This document shows, piece after piece, positions 36,601-46,600 of a DNA stretch of 64,000 nucleotides. The stretch is from Marsupella aquatica (lineage: Eukaryota; Plantae; Marchantiophyta). The translations under genes were made by a program, and so were the position numbers. Each line of letters begins with the position of its first letter. Within the stretch, counting starts at the first letter, position 1. The notes below the pieces were generated by a model. That model was not told where the DNA came from, made no database searches, and was given only the letters and a program-made list of their open reading frames with translations. Where the stretch lies: assembly GCA_973895155.1 (NCBI GenBank), contig OZ316893.1:1-64000 (forward strand), given 5' to 3'.

Positions 36601-38605
36601 CTATGACAAAGTTGTACCCAACTTCTGTGTTGTTGACATCGTCGTAAATAGCACGACTCTCCTTAAGTAATTTGTCAACCCAATCTGTTCGGAGACCAAG
36701 AAGCACATCACAATTTAAAATTGAGTGGGCTTCTTGAATAATAGCATGCACCATATCTCGAAAATTGTCGATTGTAATAGATTCACCATCAACTAGACAT
36801 GCTGTATTATTGGCATTCAATGGTACTAGTCTTGGCCATACTGGAGTCCCTGCAGTAATCCTATTTGCCAAGCGCAGAGATTGCGATACAATAGTAAATG
36901 GAGTAGGTAGTGCTATGTCACTTAAATATTGAAGAAGTCGATCAGCTTCTTCATTAAGAATGGTGCTTGGGTTTTTATGCCAAAAACATTGTGCAAGGTG
37001 CATCAAAATGGTCACCCTAGCCCAATATTTGAGTATCGCCATTGGTTGTGTAAGATGACGAACATGCCAAAATGAATACTCTTCTGCTTCTGGACTGTGG
37101 CCAACTTTTATGAGTGAATGTAAAATAAGAAACCGAGTGAAAATACAGTTCGCTGCTCTTCCTGCTTCAAGTGTTGCAGGCATCTTTGGAGTCCAAAGAT
37201 GAATCAACACATTATGTAGAACAGCTAAATCAACATTGTCAATAGAATTGTCATCTAATTCATTGAGTTGACTCATGAATTTTTGAAGAGCAATTTCCAT
37301 TTCTTCTCTGTTTGTTTGAAAAACATGAATGTCCGAACTAAGCTCATTAGAAGATGATCGAAGCAAGCAGAGAATGAATTCTGTGATTATATCACAGTAC
37401 CTACTCCTTGATGATTTTGAGTTCAATTGATTGAATCCCACTGCAACATCATCATTGATATTTGTCTTCTCCACTAGTCTTCTCAATCTGTAATCCACCT
37501 CTTTAAGAACCAAATCTTGTACATTGTTCATGTAGATAGTCACCACTTGACTGACATATGAGAGTGGAGATTTGCCCTGCTTTGGTGGTGGGAGCATCTG
37601 TGCTTTCACCTGCAAAAATGGTACCCCTTTTGGCATGAATTGGGCCGCAAGCTCATGCCATTTAGACTGTGCTAGCCATGGAGTTAGCTCAGCAATTGGA
37701 GGTAGAAGTTCTAACCGCAAAGACTGAAAATGGTCATCAAACTCCTTTGTGATTATAGCCCTCAAACTTTTAGATTGCAAGTGACAGTCATCCCCATCGA
37801 GATTGAGATTGTGATGTTGAACACCAAAGTATTTGAGGCCTATAACACGATCTGAGAGGATTTGAACTTGGCATTCACTCTTCACATTGACATAGGACAA
37901 CTCAGGATGTTTTCTCAAACGATGATTGGACATTGACCTTTTCTCCCCACAATAGTAGATGCATTGTTTGCAAGAAAAGCCGTGTCGAATGACAACACCT
38001 GGTACTGGAGAAAGCAATGCAGCTGGTGGATCTCTTGTATATGGTAATATGGATGTATCATCCATGCTTGTAAAAGAGAACTGTTGTAAGCTCCTCAATA
38101 GTTGATGACTGTCGTAGTCTGATGCTATTCGATGACACCTTGATTTCTCCCGTTGATGCTTTTGAACATGATGAATGATATTGATATTTTCATTGTATAT
38201 GAGTACCGAATGACACTCTATACATACAAGGAAAACCAATTCCTCATGACGAACAACGCAGAGATTAACACTTCTCAAGATCTCTGGTGTACCAGAATGA
38301 TCTGGTGTAATGCACAATCCTTCATTAACCGCCAAGTCGTGTGGATCAACAAATCTTTCGACTTGATTAACATGGATTGTGTCATAGTGTCGGCGAAGAC
38401 TATCGCCACGTGTGTAATACTGAGAACACATATTATCGGGGCATGCGAACATCCCATTTTCAGACTTGTGGAGGATCTCCACAGTGCCATCGCAATGCTT
38501 GAATTTGAACGTCATCCTGTGCTCAAAACGTTTGTGAGCATCTCTTGCTCTTGCTGATTGAAAAATCTGCTCACACGCACTACATGGAAAAATGGTTGTC
38601 TCCAT
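33644..38605 (-). CDS. 1653-aa Zn-finger/DUF3505-like + tyrosine-recombinase-like + RecQ helicase fusion (telomere-linked-helicase type)
   Basis: Two N-terminal C2H2 fingers, then CxxC..H..H blocks. Recombinase-like motifs GLPAR(740)GEE, YHK(788), YR(877)H, GGH(905)..Y(914). Helicase motifs PTGTGK(1068)S, DE(I)H at 1157, TATLPP, Q(1332)ESGRAGRDG. RQC CRR..C..CDIC and C-terminal Cys/His knuckles. Confidence 0.92.
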   Translation of the reverse strand: METTIFPCSACEQIFQSARARDAHKRFEHRMTFKFKHCDGTVEILHKSENGMFACPDNMCSQYYTRGDSLRRHYDTIHVNQVERFVDPHDLAVNEGLCITPDHSGTPEILRSVNLCVVRHEELVFLVCIECHSVLIYNENINIIHHVQKHQREKSRCHRIASDYDSHQLLRSLQQFSFTSMDDTSILPYTRDPPAALLSPVPGVVIRHGFSCKQCIYYCGEKRSMSNHRLRKHPELSYVNVKSECQVQILSDRVIGLKYFGVQHHNLNLDGDDCHLQSKSLRAIITKEFDDHFQSLRLELLPPIAELTPWLAQSKWHELAAQFMPKGVPFLQVKAQMLPPPKQGKSPLSYVSQVVTIYMNNVQDLVLKEVDYRLRRLVEKTNINDDVAVGFNQLNSKSSRSRYCDIITEFILCLLRSSSNELSSDIHVFQTNREEMEIALQKFMSQLNELDDNSIDNVDLAVLHNVLIHLWTPKMPATLEAGRAANCIFTRFLILHSLIKVGHSPEAEEYSFWHVRHLTQPMAILKYWARVTILMHLAQCFWHKNPSTILNEEADRLLQYLSDIALPTPFTIVSQSLRLANRITAGTPVWPRLVPLNANNTACLVDGESITIDNFRDMVHAIIQEAHSILNCDVLLGLRTDWVDKLLKESRAIYDDVNNTEVGYNFVIDPRNRILQQHGLDLLTHLFVDPKIRGHFILGRTDRNDVIWNDITLYKWMTACSDLQEKLNLLIHFTAGLPARGEEYNSFLIRNTATSERSFYWATAGPDDDPTTKLLEHHTIALFQTYHKGANTGAPMKPLIRFLPSSLRTLFLVYFCLVRPTQSYVAQKIWGKEVARNYDDCWFVDMDKKQDAHDLSKSIHNNFFKRCGVTFGLSEYRHLAAFFSEKIRDQRTQDLDDIVDVAGGHTTATMGHHYAQSVKDLRAIDGHLLRAFRIFTDKWHALLNLSDKSPRLIHLDSSTTGCREVTLDPFPRTTTVLRPRHDIELEIDHVPSKTRVVYCPAYGEPSTSVVGDVDSALHICHDTSIRASIALHKLGHKRWRSTEQAISVALAIENTVDFVTVLPTGTGKSLIFMAPSTLMDKTVIVVVPFKSLISGHLSECRKAGIGHTVFTSGFALGIGVTPAIVFVSIVTAADSDTFGVFANHLQATQRLHSIVFDEIHTLQCHFRPKMRNLISLMKVPCQIIGLTATLPPTQQSDIELTLGSRLHWVRSSTVRPNIRYMVVEVPDMDGEIVRQLQDWKRSSLVHDRAIVYCLTRDEVQEMAKLLEARNLCCTFLHAGCSTADTVKTLKKWESKGCEIMVATGVIGSGYNYKSIRLVIHRGNFRSFEQFHQESGRAGRDGLLAISTVVSNSSYRNEALRMDSNFKIPNKWIEETKMCRRFALHASVDGKPQMCYLIPDAIPCDICSQAADNQELPMEYEAEELSQARSEVVEIVSQGSISQNIQGGQSVRVTAPGERTTPASSLGSSQGKGTTTTVVARARPTLIKQRIDEAMNKICIIRKFAGDRKKCLMCWSPLSKSVPHGILQCPYVRGRCVKCLGTHNRANCDNKFPSRPDTCFKCHFPHQPSGMRFHEGLYGDQCEDESGERLRLFVWKAWRFDNIQSDLFRAIPEIKGKSDQELCEWVVSTSPEALGNNFMRLVATIVRIKYPEFR

Positions 38606-39328
38606 CGATCCTACACATCAATGTCACAAGCTCGTGCCATAAATCGCCATGTACTATCGGGAATAGATTACAAGAAGCGCAGGAATAGATTACAGGAAGC
38701 TCATGCAAGTGTTCTTTGTCTCTAGTATCTACCAAGCTACTGAACTCTCAAGCATAGTTATAATTGAGCTTGCGCTTGAGTTCTGATCATGATGTTACAA
38801 GGTAGTCTATTGGAGTTCAGTTCTCTGTAAAAAATTCAGAGCAATGTAATAAACTAAAACCGTAAAGATTTGGAGTCTGAAGACATCAATGTAAAGCTAA
38901 TAAATGTGTGCACAAAAATAGATAATCATTGCATGGCCAGCTATGCAGTCAACCCCCAGAGCACAACTGACAGCTACATGCCCAATGCATTTTGCATACA
39001 TATATAGATTCAAAATCATAATCCCATGCATATATTCGCATTTGTTAAGAGAATTTAAGGAATTATGTCCTTCATGAATTAAAGCTTGTCCCAATAGATT
39101 ACTTTTATTTAATTTACCTGACAAAATATTATGGGGCTTGGAAGCTTGTAGAATGATTCTGTTCAATTCCCAAAGGTAGATTATCGCAGTTCAACTTGCC
39201 GCCGACATTTGCAAAGTGACTAGCTGCAACCACTGTGTAATGCGATACATGTGGGCAACCACTGTATAATGTGATGTGGCAACTCTACCATCTAATGAAG
39301 ACAAAATGCTTGAACTAAGGACATCAAT

Positions 39329-40800
39329 GTTTGGTTGTAGATTGGGTTAGGAAATGTGGGTTGTGGCATGGGTTTAGGGTCTTATGTTGGGAGTTGAGAA
39401 AGACTGGAGTTACAAAATTTGGTGTGGTGTTGGGGCTGAGGGGGTTGGGAGTTGTGTGTTGGGGATTGAGGGGTTGTGGGTTCAAGGGGAAGTTGTGTCT
39501 TGGGTTGGGTAGGTTGAGAGTTGTATGTTGGGGAGCTTGGTTGCAGATTGGGTTAGGAAATTTGGGTTGTGGCATGGGTTGGGGGAGATGTGTTGGGGGT
39601 TGAGAAAGTCTGGAGTTAGGGAGTTAATTTGTTGTAGAGTTGGGTGTTGGGGGTTAAGGGATTCATTTGGGGAGTTGTGTCTTGGGTTGGGTAGGTTGAG
39701 AATTCTGTGTTGGGAGTTGAGTAAGTTGGGGAGTTTGGTTGTAGGTTAGGTTAGGAAATGTGGGTTGTGGCATGGGTTGGGGGAGATGTGTTGGGGGTTG
39801 AGAAAGTTTGGAGTTAGGGAGTTAATTTGTTGTAGAGTTGGGTGTTGGGGGTTGAGGGATTCATTTGGGGAGTTGTGTCTTGGGTTGGGTAGGTTGAGAG
39901 ATTTGTGTTGGGAGTTAACACAGTTTGGAGTTACAAAATTTGGTGTTGTGTTGGGGTGTGAGGGGGTTGGGAGTTGTGTGTTGGGGATTGAGGGGTGTTG
40001 GGGATTGTTGGGTGTTGGGGGTTGAGGGATTGGAAGTTGTGTCTTGGGTTGGGTAGATAGATAGTTGTATGTTGGGGGTTAAGGGAGTTGGGGAGTTATG
40101 TGTTTATCGGTTGAAGGAGTTTGGAGTTTGGTTGTGGGTGGGGGTTGACATTGTGGGTTGGGGGAGTCGTGGGTTGGGGATTGAGGGGTTGTGGGTTCAA
40201 GGGGAAGTTGTGTCTTGGGTTGGGTAGGTTGAGAGTTGTGTGTTGGGAGTTGAGTGAGTTGGGGAGTTTGGTTGTGGGTTGTGGCATGGGTTGGGGGAGA
40301 TGTGTTGGGGGTTGAGAAAGTCTGGAGTTAGGGATTTAATTTGTTGTAGAGTTGGGTGTTGGGGGTTGAGGGATTCATTTGGGGAGTTGTGTCTTGGGTT
40401 GGGTAGGTTGAGAGATTTATGTTGGGAGTTGAGAAAGTTTGGAGTTACAAAATTTGGTGTAGTGTTGGGGGGCTGAGGGGGTTGGGAGTTGTGTGTTGGG
40501 GATTAAGGGGTTGTGGGTTCAAGGGGAAGTTGTGTCTTGGGTTGGGTAGGTTGAGAGTTGTGTGTTGGGGGTTGAGTGAGTTGGGGATTTAATTTGTTGT
40601 AGAGTTGGGTGTTGGGGGTTCAGGGATTGGAAGTTGTGTCTTGGGTTGGGTAGGTAGACAGTTGTATGTTGGGGGTTGAGGGAGTTGGGGAGTTATGTGT
40701 TGGAGGTTGAAGGAGTTTGGAGTTTGGTTGTGGGTGGGGGTTGACATTGTGGGTTGGGGGAGTTGTGGGTTGGGAGTTGCCGGGGAAGTTGTTTGTTGGG
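39329..40800 (+). repeat. G/T-rich degenerate telomere-like block with ~130-200-bp higher-order repeats
   Basis: GGGTTG/GGGAGTTGTGTGTTGGGG motifs; the block tgtggcatgggttgggggagatgtg... recurs at ~39568, 39766 and 40280. Confidence 0.92.
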
Positions 40801-40814
40801 ATAGAGACAACCAT

Positions 40815-41390
40815 GTTGTAAAAGATGGACAAGAAAGATGATAAAGAAAATCCAACACAAAAGGGAAAATCAACACTAAACCTTTGAACCTTTGATCCCT
40901 GAGTATAGACAGCCACAACAAGGGCAGACTGACACATTGGGCAGTCAGTTGTAAAAGATGGACAAGGAAGATGATAAAGAAAAGCCAACACTTAGTCTAG
41001 AAAGAGGGGAAATTCAGAGAAAATCTGGACTGTCAATAAGAAGAGATAGATGGGCAAGATCATGTGCAAGGACTTCAATTCAATCCAATCTTCAATGGAA
41101 AATCCCAGTTCTTACAATATACGGTTAACATAATTATGTATACAAATCATCATTCCTGCTTATATGTCACAAGTATCTCCTCGACAAGACAAGTCAACAA
41201 TAAATATCAACCTGCTTATCCGCCACAAGTATCTCCTCGATAGGACAAGCCAACAATAAATATCAACCGTGAAAAGTCAAAAATAAATGTTAGCCGTGGA
41301 AAGTACCTCCTTGACACGACAAGTCAACAATAAATATCAGCCATCGAAACAATAAATATTAGCATGGAAAGTCAACAATGAATGTTGGCC
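40815..41390. repeat. Short subterminal repeats
   Basis: gttgtaaaagatggacaagRaagatgataaagaaaa occurs twice; gacaagYcaacaataaatatca occurs three times. Confidence 0.75.
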
Positions 41391-41533
41391 GTGGATTTTA
41401 AATGAACGGGCCAGATGCTTGTATACACACGACCACACCATCTTCTTCACGACCGCCACTACACTTGTTACAGGCCTCCAAAACAGCCACACAGCCGCTG
41501 CACTACGGCCGTAATGCGCCGATAATATATATA

Positions 41534-41781
41534 GGAACCCCTCCCCCACCCTCACCCCCAGCTCGTTACACCCCCAAAAGCTACAGTAGGGTGGCACTCG
41601 CCCCCTGGTACACGCACCCCGAAAATTGGGGGGTACCCCCACCCCTAGCCCATCCAAAATGCGCACACAACAAACTGGGGGTCAAACTCACCCCCAATAT
41701 TCGATAATCATACCAGTACTTAAAAAACTGGTATGCCACATGTGAAAACTGGGGATGACACTCTAAACCCTAAACCCTAAA
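41534..41781 (+). repeat. 248-bp direct repeat, right copy
   Basis: Near-identical to 991-1238, including the telomeric tail. Confidence 0.95.
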
Positions 41782-41837
41782 CTGATGGACCACTTCGAAA
41801 ACAAGGGGCGAGAACTCGGGGCCAAACTCGGGGCGAG

Positions 41838-41861
41838 AAACCCTAAACCCTAAACCCTAAA
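41838..41861 (+). repeat. Short (CCCTAAA)3 telomeric tract
   Basis: aaaccctaaaccctaaaccctaaa. Confidence 0.9.
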
Positions 41862-42005
41862 GATCCAAAATCCCACATTCCAAGTGTGAGGGCCGCCTCC
41901 TGGTCCTGATCCTAAGTCTAAACTTGGAGATCAGCGCCCCCCTGCCCACTCACGCCTCCTACCTCCACGTCCGCCCTTCCTAAAAGGAACGGCGCCCTTG
42001 CACCA

Positions 42006-43650
42006 TCACGACACCGGTGGTGGATCCTCAATGGACGCCCCCAACGCTCCCTCCGCAACCACTGCCGTTGGTCCGTCCTCTGACAGATTACCTGCCTCTG
42101 ACCGAGTCAACTTTTCATTGGCCTGACTGGGCCCACCCTCGGCTTCGGCTTCGGCTTCAGCTTCGGCCACGGCCTCCAACACGGCTACAGTCTCCCCGGC
42201 CTGCTCAAGAGGTGGATCTGGGATACCGGCCTCGTTATTGAGAAGTTCGGCTTGGGCCGCGCCATCCCCACCTTTGGTGATAGTGGGATCTACTACCGCA
42301 TTCATGCTGGAGGTTGGTACCGGTTTTACTACAGCTTGAGGGGTCGAATAACCTCCGGACCCCGAAGGTTTCCGCTTCTTCTTCTTCACTACCTCTATAG
42401 CCGGTTCCTTCCCCTTGCCGCCAACGTCCGGCACCGGGCCGTGTGTCATGGCTGGTCCTTCGGCAATTACCACCCCTAGTAACTGGTTTGCCCCAATGGG
42501 AGATGGACCTGATGCAGCTAAGCATTTAAATACTGCGGCTTGTTTCTTCAGCCGCTCTGTTTGGTTGTCGGCCCGCCGCTGTAGGTTCTCCATCTTCCTC
42601 GTGACTTCCTCCAACTCCTCCTGGGTCTCATCCAGGTCCTTACGTGCCTCCTCCAGCTTGTTCTTGGCTTCCTCCAATTCCCTGTGGGCTTCCTCCAATT
42701 CCTTCTTGGTGGTAGCCCTCTCCTCCTGGGTTGCTCTTAGCTCCTTGTCGAGCTCCGCTACGACCTCAGACTCCATGTTATTCATCTTGGCATAAGTCTG
42801 GTCGAGCTGGGCGTCCTTCTCCCGCAGGTTGGCCTTGAAGCTGGCCGTCAAGGACGCAAGCTCCTGCTGTAGCGCAATAATCCCTTGATAGGATTTCCCT
42901 AACTCAGCCTCCTTCTGCTCAAGGGCTCTGTGGATGACCTCGAGCTCCCCCTTCAACGCCCTCTCCCTTCTCTGAGTCTCCGCCGTGACCCGGTTATTGG
43001 CTGCTATATGGGCCTCCTCTGCGTCTCTCAGCTCCTTCTTCCACTTCTCCCTCTCCTTGATTGCGTCGGCCAATGCTCCCTGGGTCTAAGTCAGTTTATC
43101 CTTGATAATCTGATTATCAGCCTGCGCGGTATCCAACTGCCCCTGCATGATGTTCAGCTCATGCCGCTTAATCCGCAGTTCATCTTGGGCTTTCTTGGCC
43201 ACCCTTAGATCTTCAATCTCGGCTTCCATCCTCCTAAGCCGCCGGATGACCTCGTCCTTCTTGCTTCTCTCTAAAGCCACCGCTTCTTCTAATTGGTGCT
43301 TCTCTAACTGCTCCCTCTGGAAAAAGGGTCCTACCTCCAACTCCTCCCCAAAGATGCTGAGCGCAAGTTCCCCACACATCTCACCATAATCCATGGCTCT
43401 ATTTTTAGCGTAGGTGGAGTAATTAGAAGTGATCGGCATTGCCCATCGCGGCCTCTGCTCCCAAGCCATCTTGCGGATCTCTTCAATCGTGGCTAGAGGT
43501 TTGCTTCCTTTTTTGGCTAGCCGCCTGATGTCCTCCGGCCAATCTCCTCCTGGCAAATCCTTTTCCCTAGCCAGGGCTGCCTTTTCTGCTTCCCTAAGTC
43601 GCTCCTGAAATTTCTATGCCGTCTGCTTTATGCCGTCAAATCTCGGGGGA
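42006..43650 (-). pseudogene. Coiled-coil, TE-associated-type ORF broken by two TAG stops
   Basis: ORFs 43614-, 43086-43556 and 42006-43073 share one frame separated by single TAG codons. Long heptad-rich E/K segment and a GKGKEP motif. Confidence 0.55.
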
Positions 43651-46600
43651 GCAACATTTGGTGGGGGAGACTTGGGAGGGTGTGGACGAGGTATATTTGA
43701 AGTTGGCAGAACTAGGAGACCATTTGTACTGTTGCTATATGGCTTAGTTGTATATTTTGGAGTGCACTGCTTGTATGGATCTCTAATTTTAATGGAGACA
43801 CGAGCAGCGCTGATTTGTCTCAACTTTGTTTTGTACCATCCACACTAGTGGGAAATCTGAACGTTTCTTTCAAATTGGGACCGACGAGGAACTTACGAAG
43901 TTTTTCAATCGACATGCAATTCTCATATTTTTCATAGTCTCTAGCTTTACAAATGTAGCAACGCCTTAATCGAGTTGGGCACACTGACTGTGTATGTGTT
44001 TGTGTTCAGCTAATTCGAAGAGTACATGCACTTCTGGTGAACGCTCATCCGGATGAAAGTAAAGATGAAGAAAGCACCTGGGATAAAGATCAACATCGTG
44101 ATGCTGATGCTAAAGCTGTTCCGGACTTTTATTACCCTACTTGGCCAACAAAGCAAGAGAACTGAAGTGATGACTAAATCCCTTGGAGGCCGACCAGGAG
44201 TTGCAACGTAAAGGTAGTGCGCCAGGTGAAGGAAGTAGGGTCACGAAAGGCAAATATCGATGATGTATCTCAATTCTGCGGGAATTGCATCCAAACGTGA
44301 TTATAGTTTATCTGGAACAGTTGGAAGTTTTTGAGTTCTGATTCATACCAAAGTCGTGAGATCTTTTGAATGACAGAAAATGTAGTTTTTCTATCAGGTG
44401 CTCTGTCCCAAATGTGCAAGTTACTCCAAGCTTTTAAGGAGTACTTAGTGCCTACACCGGGATTTTTGGTGTTTAGTGTACCAGAGTACTATAGGATGCT
44501 TCGTTTTCTCAAAATCTTGGGGGAAGGGCAATTCAAGTGGATAATTGTCCCACATATTTTTTATGCAGAAGAATTGGCATCGAGGCAGGACCGCTTCATA
44601 CAACTTTAATGAAGCCAATTTCGTCAGTCTGGCATATTCAGGTTTCTGCCCTGAAATGTGTACTTAGTGTTGACATAGAGTCAGAGAAGGCCCTACATAC
44701 ATACAGAGAAGGCCACTTTGTTGTTAAACCAGAAATGCCTTCTTCGTTGTCTAAACGTCTTGTTGGTACCTTTTTAACTCTTTAATATGCTAGGTGACTC
44801 ACTAATGGGGTACGAGAAATTCATTTTTTAATGTCCTCGGCTGGATGCGATGACAATTTAGCGGGCTGAATGAAGTTGATCAAACTGAGGGCATTGCTCG
44901 TACAGAGATGCAAGGTCAACATTTTGTTGTAAGGCAACAACGTATGGTAGAATTTCGACAATCTTTTTCAGGAACAAGAACAAATTTAGGGGACTGAGAA
45001 ACGTAAAATACATCCCTCCATTTTATATGTGTATCTCCCTCCCCAGATTGTGACATGTGACTCCTATTCATGACCACGGCAAAGGAATATGCTGACTTGA
45101 AGGAAATTATTCAGAGGCACAAGGTTCAGAGGGAGGGGAAGGAGGAGGAGGAGGAGGAGAAGAGGAAGAAGAGGAAGAAGAAGTGGAGAAGGGAGAGGAG
45201 GCTGCAAGTCCTATGCAACCTGAGCCTAAGAAAATGAAGAAGCTAAGAGTCCTAACCCCAGGAATTTACATTCCTAAGGGGACAAAGAGGAAGAAGAAGA
45301 GTCCTTTTTGGAAAAAGGACTATTATGTGGAGAAAAGATATGAATCCTAAATGTTGAAATTCTTTTACGCTTGTTGACGATTAGGTCTTTTGTAAACTCT
45401 CTGTGGCTGAGCTTTGTATATTAACCTTGTTGAGGCACTCACTAAGTTGTTTGAAAGCACATAAGACCCTGAAAATGAGCCATGGTGTTGAGAGAGCTGT
45501 GAATACGCGAATAGCTGGCCTCGGGGTCAGCCTCGACCCTACTATCACGAGATCAGTCCCTATTGCAGGGCCACTACGGAACTATTTCTACTTTGTTTGA
45601 GCTCAAATTTAGTGCGGTTGAGGGGAAGAACCTGGGTGTTTGACAAAGTGTCGGCAAACGAGAAGGAGGCAAAAGGGGTGGGGACTAACGGAGCAGGCCG
45701 TTTGGTGCAAAATTGACTAAGAAGCGCGATGGGCGACGATCTGTTGAACGAGATGGGGGTGATGGGTCGGGAGGTAGAGTAGGGGTTGCAACAGCGGGAG
45801 GAAGTGAGCAGCTGCATGGCTACGACGATGAAGTTTGCCTTTAGGGCGTCAAAGCTGAAGTTTTTTGCTTCTGGACCGCCTCAATTTTCAAGAGGTGACC
45901 ATGGCAAGCGGCGGAGCGAGGAAGGAAGAGGGTGGGCAGGTGAGGACAATAATGTGGTGTTTGTGACGGGGTTCGATGAGTAGGGTCTCATGGGAAAGGA
46001 TTCCTAAATAGGGTTAGGAGGAGCGAGAGTGATTCCCATTGTTGCTGACATTGTACTACGCAGTGTGACCGATTTCTCTCTCACAATTCTGACTTTAATG
46101 GCTTAGGATTCCAACCTAAATCCCTCGTGAGCCTCATGCAAACCCCTCCCCTCACAGGCCTGATGTTACTATTTTTGTAGTCTGCAAGATGTCCGGAGCG
46201 TTTCTTCCTCTTCTGCCGACCTTCATACAAACATAAACAAGAGGACTCAAACTTTTTCTTGGAACTGACCTTCTGGAATCGTGAAGAGAAAACAATTTTG
46301 TCTTGTTGTTTGGATGCGAGCCTTCCCAAGCCTATCGCAAAGTCCTTCCCTCCCAGGTCCGATGATGCGAGTGTTATTTGTTCATAAACGTGTTTGTGCC
46401 CCCTCTTCTTAACTCAAAGCTTTGTCTCTTCTAGAGCTGTCAAGTTGTAAGTTAGCATAAAATCGATTACGAGTTGATTGGCAAAATATTTCTTGTATGA
46501 CACCTGGCATATACTTGTCAGCAATCATTCAGAGCTTGTCATCATTTGCTATTGGAGTTTTCTTCGAGCGACTTCTTAATTGTAGTGGTCGTAAGTTACA

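Noticed and set aside
33644-38605. Ordinary host RecQ gene or Helitron RepHel
   Set aside because: No introns or HRDC-type layout, and an extra YR-like domain. The helicase is SF2 RecQ rather than PIF1, and no HUH Rep motifs were seen.
39324-40991. Gly/Trp/Cys-rich and Pro/Asn-rich ORFs
   Set aside because: Translations of low-complexity G/T-rich repeats.
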